From Diplonema japonicum (taxonomy: Eukaryota; Protista; Euglenozoa: Diplonemea), in the NCBI GenBank assembly GCA_964019335.1, contig OZ025688.1, positions 434,001 through 498,000 on the forward strand: a stretch of DNA of 64,000 nt, written 5' to 3'. The notes below the pieces were generated by a model. It searched no databases and was not told where the DNA came from. It worked only from the letters and a program-made list of their open reading frames with translations. This document shows, piece after piece, positions 53,755-64,000 of the stretch. Position 1 is the stretch's first letter; every line of letters starts with the position of its first letter. The position numbers and the translations under genes were made by a program.

Positions 53755-55725
53755 ATGCAGCCCAGACCACCAGCAAGAGGGAACTCTGTTCCAAACCCAA
53801 GATCGAAGTACTGTCTTGGCATGATAGAGGTAGCACAAGAAGGCGATAGATGCAAGGTGGTAGCAGAAGAACGAGACTCCAGAAGACGATTAAAGGGGTG
53901 GGGACTGAGACCCCTACAGTTCGAAGGCACAGGACACATACGATGCGAAGAAAATAACGGGAGAATTCACTACAGAATACAAGAAGCAATCGAATGGGGC
54001 CGGCTAGGTTTAGGGGTTGAAGTGGCCTGGAAGGGCGCAGCTTTATCCAGCCATGAGACAGTAGATAACAACGCTATTCAAGACAAGGAAGCTACTGAAA
54101 GGCGTCAACTTGCAGCATCTCACAACATCGAATTGGTGCAGGTCTATGCCAGGTCCTTCTTGAGTAGAAGGGATCTCTTCTGCAGTCTTGCCACTTCTGA
54201 ACAGCTTCAAAGAGCATCTCTGAGCAACTCTCGTTTGGCTGGCTTTGCTTTGCTGTTCCATGAGCACCTCTGTGCTGCCCATGCTGCCTCACGACGCAGT
54301 CTCCTTGCGACAGTACTGTCTACTTTGCACAGAGAGGATCGTTTTTGCCTGATTGATGTGTTTTCCCGTTTTAGTCGTGTCATCGTGGGTGACTTCTTAT
54401 CCACGCTTCACAGCATGTATTGTGACAGGTATTCTACGTTCTGTGATGCCTATCGGCTTGCCTGTGGTCATGAGATAGCTTCTCATGCCGCACGTGAGCA
54501 CATCGAAGGACTTTGGTTGTGTGGGTGGGACAGTCTTCTTTCATGCTGCCGCCTGCAGGAGCGCCACTTGCAGCATACTGCCGATATCGTGCAAAGCGAG
54601 ATTGTAGAATGGATCGGGCTCGCCAAAGGTTTCATCAATGGATGGGTAGCTCAGGAGAGGGAGCGGGTGGCGGTGAGGGAAGCACAGGAACGGTGCTCGG
54701 TGGTTTCCGAGTCTTGCGAAGAACTCAAGCCAGTTATGTTGGTTGGCTTTGTCGTCACTGCATGGTGCGTGTCGTTGGAAGAGGGGCAGCAGAGGATATC
54801 GCAAACAGAGATGAAGCATTTCACATCTGAGATTGCAATACCCCACACAACCTTCATGAAGCAAGCGGTGGTCGACCAAGCCACCGCCCAAAGCTCTCTG
54901 CTAGTCGGTAACCCCGAGCAGCTTAATAGAACAGCAATAGAGGAGGCCTTCTCTCGGGGTACCATCATGGCAACGCGCCATGTTGCCGCCCTCCTCTTCA
55001 CAGGGACGCTAGAGACGCTCAACAGGCGTTTGAAAGAATTCGCTGAGCAAAAGGTGCTCTTCTTGAAGGGTGCGGAGCCTGCTAAGCGTAAAGGTTGTGT
55101 TCTCGAGGAATCCATGTTGCGGAGGAGGATATATTCGGATGTAGAGGTGGACAAGAAGGATGTAATACGCAGGACGCTGGCGAGGGTAGCGACAGCACGG
55201 AGGGAGCAGCTATACGTCCAAGAGAACGAGATCAGGAAGGTGCTGGTGAGGTTTGAGACGAGAAGCAAAGAGGACACTACAGGACGTCTGGAAGTGGTGG
55301 GGCAAGAGGGTGCTTTGAGAGTCGTGACAATGAACGAAGAGCAGCAGACCCGGCTTGAATTGCAGGAGGTAGAAGATACAGCATGGCTTCCTTCTGCCAT
55401 CAAGCACTTCAACAAAATTCACGAAGTGTCTCGATGTGGCCTGAAAGATTCCGAGTACACAGATTTCAAAAGGATCCGGTACCTATGGTCTACAACGTGG
55501 CGCGGCATCGTAGACAAGTCCACACACTTCATACAGGCCGTATGGCGCATCCACAGGGCCAAGCGCCTCAAGTCACAACTTCTCAACAACCGCATGGAGC
55601 TTGTCAATCTCGCCGAGGCCTCGCAAGCCCGCCTCTACTCCGCTCATCTCATCCAGAAGGTTTGGAGAGGCCACTACTGCAGATGCGTCCTTGCTACCGA
55701 CCTGTTCGACGCCGAAGAGGCTTAG
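53755..55725 (+). CDS. Helical/coiled-coil protein with two C-terminal IQ motifs
   Basis: FIQAVWRIHRAK and LIQKVWRGHYCR; long ORF. Confidence 0.75.
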   Translation: MQPRPPARGNSVPNPRSKYCLGMIEVAQEGDRCKVVAEERDSRRRLKGWGLRPLQFEGTGHIRCEENNGRIHYRIQEAIEWGRLGLGVEVAWKGAALSSHETVDNNAIQDKEATERRQLAASHNIELVQVYARSFLSRRDLFCSLATSEQLQRASLSNSRLAGFALLFHEHLCAAHAASRRSLLATVLSTLHREDRFCLIDVFSRFSRVIVGDFLSTLHSMYCDRYSTFCDAYRLACGHEIASHAAREHIEGLWLCGWDSLLSCCRLQERHLQHTADIVQSEIVEWIGLAKGFINGWVAQERERVAVREAQERCSVVSESCEELKPVMLVGFVVTAWCVSLEEGQQRISQTEMKHFTSEIAIPHTTFMKQAVVDQATAQSSLLVGNPEQLNRTAIEEAFSRGTIMATRHVAALLFTGTLETLNRRLKEFAEQKVLFLKGAEPAKRKGCVLEESMLRRRIYSDVEVDKKDVIRRTLARVATARREQLYVQENEIRKVLVRFETRSKEDTTGRLEVVGQEGALRVVTMNEEQQTRLELQEVEDTAWLPSAIKHFNKIHEVSRCGLKDSEYTDFKRIRYLWSTTWRGIVDKSTHFIQAVWRIHRAKRLKSQLLNNRMELVNLAEASQARLYSAHLIQKVWRGHYCRCVLATDLFDAEEA

Positions 55726-55815
55726 CTTTACTTTAGTTTATAAGAGGTCTGGCTTCCGTCAGCACTTTCTTGTTGTGATTTCCCTGTATTTTCGCTGCCT
55801 TTGTCACCGAGATCT

Positions 55816-56986
55816 ATGACAGAAACCATGGGTGATTTCGATATGCTTAGCAACCTCGGGGTGGAGGTGCCCTACAAAGTGGTCAGACTCAGCAAGCCGC
55901 CTAGTTCCTTTATTATGGAAGCGGGGGGTGTGTGTGCGAAGTACGAGAAGAACAAGATTGATGCAGCAAGGACGTTCTACGAGAACAGGGGCTCTCGCTC
56001 TCCGAGGAGTGGCAGTGTGCCGTCTAGGAACGGCAGTGTGCCGTCTGGTGCTGATACCATGAACAGCAATACTTCTAGTTGGAGGTCCGACTGGCGCCCC
56101 CATGCTCAGCCCATGCAGCGCTCACACTTTTCAACTTCAAACCCCTCTAGTTGCATGCTTGGCAGCAACGAAGGCCCCATCTCCGAAAACGCCCACGAAA
56201 TGTTGAACCACCGTAAGATATCGAAGCATGCCAGCCCTCGTTTGCCGCACCCCCTCGAGGCCCAGCACTACTCCAACACTCACAAGAGCGCTAGATCTGC
56301 TCTGAAGAAGATGGACGCCAACAGGAACTTTCGGGAGCTTCCCGCCGCGGGTGCTCGTTCGGAGGTATGTCTTAACAAGGTTTGACCAATATCTTGCCCC
56401 ATAGAAAATCACGCGTTCCCCCGTCCCGTCGGATATCACTGGGCGTCACGTAGCAGAGAACGAACCAGTGTACCAGCCCGCAGTGGTGTCGGGACCGAAG
56501 TTGTGGACTGCTGAGAGGGATAGGAAAGAGAGAGAAAGGGAGAAGAATGACTGTGTTGTAGGGAAGGAAAAGGTGTTGAGGGCTAGCTCGCCGCCGAAGG
56601 AAAGGCAGGAACACATAGTACCAGAGGGGCCGAGGCTGTGGACGGCTGAAAGGGATCTGAGGTTGACCAGGAGGTCGTCATCCACACCAAACCACCCCTT
56701 AATGCACCAGCACAAGAAGCTACACGGCGACGGCGGGCTGGGCTCCAACGGGCAGGTGGGCCACCAGCCGTCGGACCTCCAAAGACGCTGGGACAACGCC
56801 GGGTGGTGGGCACCCCAAAGCTCCCCCACGGAAGTTCGACCCAAACCCGAATACGTCCCACCCTCCCCCAGCACCCGCGCCACCTACGGCGTGCCTAACT
56901 ATTCCAAACGTGGCTACGAGCCGACCGACATGTCCATCCAGCGCCGCCACAGGTCCCCTTCTTCTACTCGCAAATGGAGACCTTGA
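55816..56986 (+). CDS. Hypothetical S/P/R-rich protein; join(55816..56364,56405..56986)
   Basis: A 40-nt intron joins the two ORF-track frames; internal GP(K/R)LWTAERD repeat. Confidence 0.65.
56365..56404 (+). other. 40-nt GT-AG intron
   Basis: gtatgtcttaac...gccccatag, phase 0. Confidence 0.7.
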
Positions 56987-57128
56987 GCAGCTTATATATT
57001 AATTTAGATTGTCAATCTAGAATTCTACGTTCCCGTTCCCCTTAGATGTTCCCTTTAATAGACTTCTTGGTTGTAGTATTGACAACGCCATTCGCATCTT
57101 CCAACTATTCACAGTGCGCCTGATAAAG

Positions 57129-57764
57129 ATGCCTGCTCCCAACAGTATTGTAGGGCTAGCACAGAGAGAGTGGCAGCACAGCCTGGCGGGGCAGGGGAAA
57201 GAGTTGGCGTTTATGCAGCAGGAGATGAGTCCGGGACCTGGAGAGTATGAGGCGAAGAGGAAGAATATGGCAAAGGGCGTGACAAGGTGGAAGACGCCGG
57301 AAAAGGCAAGGAGGAGGTGCGGGAGTGTAGTGGGGGGTGGAAAGAGGGAGATCCCGAGGTACATGAGAGAGACGAAAAGCTTCAGGAACCAGATGAGTGG
57401 TGTAGAACAGGCAATGCAGGAGAGTATCCATCCTGGTATGCGAAGCCCTGCTGTCAACAGGAACTATGCCACTCCCACGGAGTCTGTCTTTGATAGACTG
57501 CACTCCCCGTTCCGCCGCTACCCGTTCAACAGCACAGGGACGGAAACTGCAGCATCCGTGCACACCTGTCAGTCCCCTTCGCCTGTGGCCTACCCCTCTG
57601 CCGACCCCCTCCCGGTGCGTCAGGCCCTCGACCGCCGACGAATCGAAGCCCGCATCACCGCCCTCAACGCCGAGATGGCCGTCCACCAGGACGCCTCATG
57701 GCAGCACCAGCTCACTCACACTGATGCTACGTGCCCGACCCTCACCCCACAAAGAGTACGTTGA
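57129..57764 (+). CDS. Hypothetical protein with SPGPGEY (STPGR-like) motif
   Basis: 211-aa ORF with coding-like composition; 3' end uncertain. Confidence 0.6.
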   Translation: MPAPNSIVGLAQREWQHSLAGQGKELAFMQQEMSPGPGEYEAKRKNMAKGVTRWKTPEKARRRCGSVVGGGKREIPRYMRETKSFRNQMSGVEQAMQESIHPGMRSPAVNRNYATPTESVFDRLHSPFRRYPFNSTGTETAASVHTCQSPSPVAYPSADPLPVRQALDRRRIEARITALNAEMAVHQDASWQHQLTHTDATCPTLTPQRVR

Positions 57765-57921
57765 TGAACACTGCGAACTGCAAATAGTTAGGATTACTTT
57801 GTTGTTGTATTTGTACCCCACCCCTGTCCCTCCCTGTATCGATCTCGCATTAGCGACGACGAACCTTTTTATTGTACTCTCATGTGACTTCGTATGCTTT
57901 TTGCAGCTCGAAACAAGCAAG

Positions 57922-60534
57922 ATGCACGAGGAGATCGCTCCGTCCGCGCATGACTGGAACCAAGTGTTCGTGCGGAACAGGTGCCGTGTGGAGTGCCCTG
58001 CTTGCAGGGAAGGGAACGTTGTGGAAACAGATGTGAATATCGGGGATTTTCTGGGGTGTTTGTCAAAAGTAGAAATGTATCTGAGAGTAGTAGGGACGAA
58101 GATCAACGGGACGGTGGAGAGGACGGACGGGGAGGTGTTAGGATGTTTGGACTACTTGTCAATGCTCCTTGAAAAGATCGTGACGGGAGAAGAGGCAGTC
58201 TATGTGTCGGTGAAGGATCCGCATTTTGTGAAACACGTGACATCTGTCCTTGGGGCTGTGGAGATTCTGCTGGCTGCAGATTTTAAATACGATCCGAAGG
58301 GAGAAGGCCTGTACTTCGTGAAGCCCGAGACCCACCACAGATGGATCTCGCGCCGTGCTGCTGCAGCGCTGCGTCTGCTGTCCGACGAGATCTATGCTTT
58401 GGAGCGACGCTCAAGGCACCACACCAGGAATGTTTATTCCGATTTGCAAACATTCACACATGAGTTCAACAGACTAACAGACGAGTACCACAAACCCTAC
58501 TCCTATCCAAGGTTCGATGACGCAACGCAGTGGATGCGTGTCCGCAACTTTTTCTCTGTTGCAGGCTTCCTTATGAAAGACGCCACCCTCGTCCATGAAT
58601 ACCACCTCAAAGCCCAGGAGGCCTCCCGCTATCTTGAGCGCGTCCTCTCGTACGTCGCAGCGGGCAATGTGTCCGACTCGTACCTCGGCCCATGTGTTCT
58701 TTCCAACTGCCGCTTCTCTGAAGACCTGCAGCTTTCGCAGTACCTCGAAAAGGAAAAATCAGTCGATGAGGAAAACTTGTTAACCACCCCCACCCAGCCC
58801 TCGCTCCCCGTTACACCCTTAGCTGAGGTCCTCTCCCCTGAGATACGAGGTGTTTCCCCAGGTGTCACCATCACCAGGACACCTGTTAACTACCAGAAGA
58901 AGCAGGCCTTCAAGCACGCCCTCCCGTCGCCGGCGTTCTTAACACGCGAGCCTGAACTGCAGTACGCGGGGCTGCTGAACGTGGTGCAGAACTGCTTCAT
59001 GAACTGCCTGCTGCAAGCGTACTTCACATGTAGGTCGTTCGAGAGCACGCTCCTGAAGTACCCTGCTGACTGGGTCGACGCCAACCCGAAAGACATTCCC
59101 CCCTCTGTAAAGCTCATCCACAGGATGCAGACGGTGTTCTCCTACTTGGAGGTGTCGTCTGCAGCCTGCGTGAACCCCGAGTACGTGCTCGAGAGCGTCG
59201 GTGCTTGCAACCCGCAGTTCATGGACGGCGGGCAGCACGACCCTCATGAGTTCGCAGATGCGCTTATCGACATGGTGTGCAAGGGGTTCATGGAGGGGGG
59301 ACACGAGGGGAAGGACGCATTGGCGTTGGAGCTGAACGACTTGGTAAAGGGTGAGTGCACGGAAGTGAGCATTGGCAGGGACGGCAAAGCGCATGGGGAG
59401 ACTCGGGTGGAGCTGGGGCTGCACTTCACGCCCCTTTACTTACCTATTGACAACAGTGAAGAATGTAGAGGCATGCCGCCCGGCACGCCTTTTAAGATGC
59501 CCACAACCGTCCCGCCAGAGGTGAGGAGCTGCGACAGGCACGTAAGGAAGAATGCGTACAAAAAGCTGGAACTCGAGGACGCAGAGGACGAGGACCTGAA
59601 CAACACCTCGGACCTGGACCTGCTGTGCTCCGTGACGCCGCCCGAAGCATGCGAGTCGCTCAAGTTAGTTGCCTCGCTGGCACCAACAAGACCCGTGCTC
59701 CCCGAAGTGTTCGAAGAAGCAGCCGAGCCCGCCGCCGAGAACTCTGTGACTCTGTACCAGGCATTGGACCAGTTGTGCATTGACTTTAAAGACGATTCAG
59801 CCACAACAGCAGCTACGCTGAAGGGCTTCTCGAAGCTGCCATCGTTGCTAATGTTCTACCTGCCCGCAAGGACGTCGGGGTACGAGACACGCGTCTTCGA
59901 CTACGACAAGGTGATCTACTTGGACAGGTACACCGACACGGCAGAGGCGGCGAAGGGGAGGATGGCGTGCTTCGAAAAGCTGTCGGAGGTGAAGAGGCTG
60001 AAGGCACAACTGGTAAAGAAGGAAGACGCAAAAAACAAACTATCAGCGGTTATAGGGTGCACGGGTCTGGACACACAACAGAGCACTATGGTGGATGACC
60101 TGTTCAAAGGAATCGAGAAGGACATGGGACAGATAGAGGGCGAGGTGGAGGGGCTGAGGAACGAAATCGCAGGAAGCTATGTAGGTGTGGGCAGGGACCA
60201 GGGGAACACATTTCACCTGCATGCTGTGATTGTGCACAAGCACCTAGCAGAAGGCATCGGGCACTACTTCTCCTACGCATTGGACAGGAGGGTGTCCCCT
60301 AGTAGGTGGATCAAGTTCGACGACACTCGGGTTACAACAGTCAGCGAGGCTGAGGTCTTCTCTTTAGAAACTCGCAGGAATGTGTACTGTCTGTTCTACG
60401 AGTCTGCTGCCAATATCGAGAAGCAGTGCAACCTCTCCATCTCTGTCCCCCAGCCCATCAGACGGATCATAGAACACGAAGACCAACGCTGGGAGCAGAA
60501 AATACAGAACAACCAGCAGCCTGTCATGCCGTGA
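57922..60534 (+). CDS. Ubiquitin-specific protease (C19), USP25/28/Ubp2-like
   Basis: Cys box GLLNVVQNCFMNCLLQAY; QHDPHEF; IYLDRY followed by a coiled-coil insert; His box LHAVIVH..GHYFSY..WIKFDDTRV. Confidence 0.9.
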   Translation: MHEEIAPSAHDWNQVFVRNRCRVECPACREGNVVETDVNIGDFLGCLSKVEMYLRVVGTKINGTVERTDGEVLGCLDYLSMLLEKIVTGEEAVYVSVKDPHFVKHVTSVLGAVEILLAADFKYDPKGEGLYFVKPETHHRWISRRAAAALRLLSDEIYALERRSRHHTRNVYSDLQTFTHEFNRLTDEYHKPYSYPRFDDATQWMRVRNFFSVAGFLMKDATLVHEYHLKAQEASRYLERVLSYVAAGNVSDSYLGPCVLSNCRFSEDLQLSQYLEKEKSVDEENLLTTPTQPSLPVTPLAEVLSPEIRGVSPGVTITRTPVNYQKKQAFKHALPSPAFLTREPELQYAGLLNVVQNCFMNCLLQAYFTCRSFESTLLKYPADWVDANPKDIPPSVKLIHRMQTVFSYLEVSSAACVNPEYVLESVGACNPQFMDGGQHDPHEFADALIDMVCKGFMEGGHEGKDALALELNDLVKGECTEVSIGRDGKAHGETRVELGLHFTPLYLPIDNSEECRGMPPGTPFKMPTTVPPEVRSCDRHVRKNAYKKLELEDAEDEDLNNTSDLDLLCSVTPPEACESLKLVASLAPTRPVLPEVFEEAAEPAAENSVTLYQALDQLCIDFKDDSATTAATLKGFSKLPSLLMFYLPARTSGYETRVFDYDKVIYLDRYTDTAEAAKGRMACFEKLSEVKRLKAQLVKKEDAKNKLSAVIGCTGLDTQQSTMVDDLFKGIEKDMGQIEGEVEGLRNEIAGSYVGVGRDQGNTFHLHAVIVHKHLAEGIGHYFSYALDRRVSPSRWIKFDDTRVTTVSEAEVFSLETRRNVYCLFYESAANIEKQCNLSISVPQPIRRIIEHEDQRWEQKIQNNQQPVMP

Positions 60535-61195
60535 GTTTTAGATTATTTTTAGAGTTCCATTAGATTTTTTTTATTCGTGTTACAAAACACGATTTTTTTT
60601 TCTTTTTTTTTTTTTTAGATGCAACACACTCTTGTAGATGACAACGATTTTTTTTCCTCTTTTTTTTTTTTTGCTTGAAAGAGACGAACGAAAAAAAAAA
60701 ATAAGAAAGAATTATTCCCACCCTTCTTTGACTTGTTGTAAGATATTTTCTTCTTCCTTTTTTTTTTTTTTTCCATTCAGTTTTTTTTTTTTTTTGTGTG
60801 ACAGCGTCAAAGAAGAAAAGAAATAAAGAAAGAATAAGAAGAAGAAGAAAAGATAATGTGCGAATTATTAAAGCAAAAGGGGGGAGAAGGGGGGGGGGGA
60901 TTTCTTTTAAAAAACGAGGGTTTTGTCCGCCGATCGTATCTCCTCTCCCCCCCTCCCCCCCCCAACTGATCAAATCATTTTTTTGTTTCCTCTCGGTCTT
61001 TTTTTTCCCTCTCTCTTTCCTCGACTACCGAAAAACAAAAGAACACCCCCCCCCCCCCCCCCATAACGTTTCCTTTTTTTATCGTTAAAAGGATCAACAA
61101 AAAAAGGGTGTTTTCCGAGTTCCCCGTTTTTTCCATTCTACTATACACGCTCCTTCACTGTACTCCATACTCATTATTATTTTTTTTTTTAAATA

Positions 61196-62829
61196 CTGTA
61201 AAACGAATAATGTCGGACGGAAAAATTCTCGGACAGAAAAACTCCCGGACACCAAAAAAACCCGGACATTTTTCCGTCCGGGAGTTTTTCCGGGAAGAAG
61301 TTTTTTTACTTAAGGGGGGTAGCAGCTCCCACCACGTTTGCCTGGAAGGGCTTTATTCCTTGTGCAGAGCCAAAATGTCACCCTGCGTGCAGTTTGAATT
61401 TTTCTTCCCCTTTCAATGCACCAACAAACAGCACCCACGGGATCTTTAACTTCTCATAAACCCGTACTTCTTTCGTCAAATTGACCAGTTCGACTACCCA
61501 TGGCACGTTGAGCAGCTGGCTTGTGAGGGGCCCAACTTTGGTGCTGACACCCCCGGCCAGCTCACCCCCGAGAGGTGGAGGAGATAAACTCCTTACACCG
61601 GGCCACAAACCCCCGAAAGCAGCTTGGCGGCCTCTGCCTCGGTCAGAAGACGGCAGCAACAGGTTCAACAGAGCCCCCGGTTTCTTCCAGACGGAAATAC
61701 TGGACGTTGCTATTCCACCCAACCACACCCTGGCCGCCGCGACGCCGTGATAGCTGCGTATCGCCCAATACGGGATTTAGCATCCTTCGGGGGCTGAAAG
61801 GTTTTTGCTTGAGTCGATAGGTAAACGGGCTTGGTGAGCCTATCCCAGCACAACAAATATGCACCTATGCAGAAGGGCTGCTGTGCGCCAATCCAGCCCG
61901 AAAGACAGACTGGTAGACTTTGGTGGGGCACTGTCCTTTTCCACTGGCTAGGCTGACAAAATTTTGCAGCAAGAAAGACAAAAGCCGCAAGCCACCTCCG
62001 GAAAGCCCGGAAACGAGAAGGACAACGAGAAGGCACGCTGTTTCACCATGGAATTCAGGTCCATAATCGACACCCATAAAGTAAGGCCGGAATTGGTCTG
62101 GAATACGGGGTTAAAAACCAAAACAAAAAAAAGGGGTGCTAAGGTCGTAAAAGTCCGTGGCTTGGGGGACAAAACGGGCTATAACCGAACAGCTGGCTGT
62201 TTCCTTGGCTGGATGGTTAAATACAAAGGCAAAGCGGAAACGCAACCGGCAGGGATTATCCGTGCCCCGGTCAAGCACCCGCCCACCGAATGGAGCCTAA
62301 CGGCATCGCCCAATCATTGGGCTAATTATGATACTCGGTATCTGGGTTACGGAGCTGTTTCTTCCTTTTTGCTATAAATCATCGATTCCCATGGTTTTGC
62401 CGAACGGGCCGATTCTGCTGCTTGTCGGCGACCACAACTCTCATATGCCTATGGGTTCGTAGAGTGGTTCGCAAACGTGCACATTGCTTTTGTCCCCCTG
62501 GGCTCACCTACATGGTTCAACCGATGGATATTGGGTTGAACGCAGCTGTAAAGCATCTATTAAGAAAGGTAGTAGGCCACACGAAGGCTCGACAAGCTGA
62601 TTGCCTCAGGGGCAGCAAGGGAGGACAAAGATGCAGAAAGGGAACCCTGGGGGTTTCTTCGCGCGGTTGCCGTTTGCAGCCCAGGCCAGTATGTAGGTGG
62701 TAGTGGACCAGGCCCCCTGACGGCCTTACCTAAAAAAAATTCCCGGACGGAAAAACTCCCGGACGGAAAAATTCCCGGACGCCAAAAAAACTCGGACATT
62801 TTTCCGTCCGGGAGTTTTTCGTTTTACAG
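61196..62829 (+). mobile_element. Tc1/mariner superfamily (pogo/Tc2-like) DNA transposon with decayed transposase
   Basis: TA|ctgtaaaacgaa ... ttcgttttacag|TA; subterminal cccggac repeats; remnant LLVGDHNSH and CPPGLTYMVQPMDIGLNAAVK (DDE_1 QPLD motif). Confidence 0.88.
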
Positions 62830-62884
62830 TATATTTTTTTTACCTCCGTTCTAAACCAAGTAAGGAAAAAAAAAGGGGGACACA

Positions 62885-63667
62885 ATGCAAGTCTTCATCC
62901 ACGAAGAGGGAACAGGCGAAGTACAAAACGTGACCGTCCAGCCAAGCTGGTGCATTGAGGACGTGAAGAAGGAAATCGAACGAACAATCGGCGCCTACAA
63001 GAATGACCAAGTCCTGGTGTACGATGCTAGTGAGGTGGAAGACGCTACGCTTTTATCAGACATAGGGATTGGCGCGGAGGGTATTCTTGTCCTGAGGAGG
63101 GGCGCCATGTCAGTCGCACGAAAATGGCTTCAAGAAGCGAAAATACCCTGCACATCCAGAGGGCTGTGCGATGCTTTGCGAAACAAGCAAGCCGATATTG
63201 TGGAAAAACTTCTTTTAGGGTTCCCTTCTTGCGCTGATACCTACGATCTTGTGTCAGATGCCACACCCCTTGCTACTGCCGCGCAAGTGGGGAACTTAAA
63301 CATCGCCAGAAAATTACTGTCAATGGGGGCATCACCGTCGTTTGTTAACTCCAAGGGGCAGGATCCTTTCTTTATTGCTTGCATACACGGTCATCTTGCC
63401 ATTGCTGAGCTTCTCCTGCCGTGTTCTAACCCGCATTCTCGTGACACGGCTTCGCACTCCCCTTTGTACTGGGCTGCCGCCAACAAGCATTATCATGTTA
63501 TTAAGTTCCTTCTTACAAACGGCGCGCTTCCAGACACACCGACCTTCCTTTCTACTCTGAAGGACGCACCGAGTTCGTCGGCACTCCTTAGCACCATGCT
63601 GCTCCCTTGTAAGTCGTCCTTCCGTGCTGCTTATTATTCAATCCTTTTACAGACTCCCGATGGCTGA
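62885..63667 (+). CDS. Ubiquitin-like domain + ankyrin-repeat protein
   Basis: UBL MQVFI..IEDVKKEIE..DQVLVY..LLSDIGI; ankyrin repeats TPLATAAQVGN, DPFFIACIHGH, SPLYWAAANKH. Confidence 0.88.
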   Translation: MQVFIHEEGTGEVQNVTVQPSWCIEDVKKEIERTIGAYKNDQVLVYDASEVEDATLLSDIGIGAEGILVLRRGAMSVARKWLQEAKIPCTSRGLCDALRNKQADIVEKLLLGFPSCADTYDLVSDATPLATAAQVGNLNIARKLLSMGASPSFVNSKGQDPFFIACIHGHLAIAELLLPCSNPHSRDTASHSPLYWAAANKHYHVIKFLLTNGALPDTPTFLSTLKDAPSSSALLSTMLLPCKSSFRAAYYSILLQTPDG

Positions 63668-63739
63668 AACTTCCGTCCCAGCTTTTTTAACATTTTTTTT
63701 TTTTTTTGCTCCCTCCTTCGCACTGTATATTAGATTGTG

Positions 63740-63795
<56 letters not shown>

Positions 63796-63796
<1 letters not shown>

Positions 63797-64000
63797 TGGT
63801 GGGGAAATAGAAAGAAGTGTTGTTCGCTGTTGACCTCCTCGTAGCGCAGTAGCGCTAAAGTCGGAGTGGAAGAACGTAATGCAATGCTCAGGAAGACGAA
63901 CATGAGAAGAATCTTGGTTACCCGGGATAAGGACACGAGGTGCGCCCCCGTAATCAAGCAGACAGTTCTTGTGCAGGACGCCGTCAACACTGGCCTCCTT
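63796..64000 (-). mobile_element. Structured SINE-like dispersed element, copy 2 (cut by the window edge)
   Basis: Homologous to 51265-51570; flanked by a ~54-nt T-run. Confidence 0.6.

Noticed and set aside
57466-57921. 1022-aa ORF overlapping the upstream gene (possible frameshift fusion)
   Set aside because: The extension crosses a T-rich spacer with an acceptor-like ttgcag just before ATG 57922, so two separate genes is simpler.

Overview
Eukaryotic nuclear DNA, most likely from a euglenozoan of the diplonemid type. This is an inference from three observations: about 22 genes all lie on the + strand, several are only 60-140 nt apart, and kinetoplastid-like signalling proteins occur together with short GT-AG cis-introns. 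The spacers are extremely rich in homopolymer runs. Recognisable genes are WRAP53/TCAB1 (5'-partial), a multi-TM pseudo-adenylate cyclase, glycine decarboxylase P, a DUF1232/YkvA microprotein, a FYVE + CX5R phosphatase, PFK-2/FBPase-2, an ALYREF-motif Q-rich protein, SBDS, four tandem near-identical copies of a secreted 945-aa Cys-rich mosaic protein, a 2-TM protein, PinX1, a SAM methyltransferase, a K2P channel, a TM-MAP3K, an IQ protein, two hypotheticals, a USP25/28-like deubiquitinase and a UBL-ankyrin protein. I reconstructed ten introns by hand. Nine are 32-65 nt, most have A/purine-rich 3' ends without a polypyrimidine tract, and many sit near gene 3' ends. The best hidden structure is two sequence-unrelated elements with the same asymmetric design: a long terminal hairpin with a GNA-type apex, plus an inner/outer inverted-repeat pair. 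One still carries a frameshifted tyrosine-recombinase gene missed by the ORF track, so these look like Crypton-like YR transposons. Also present are a decayed pogo-like transposon, MITE-like elements and a structured, poly(A)-tailed dispersed element in two copies. All family assignments come from remembered motifs, not database searches.
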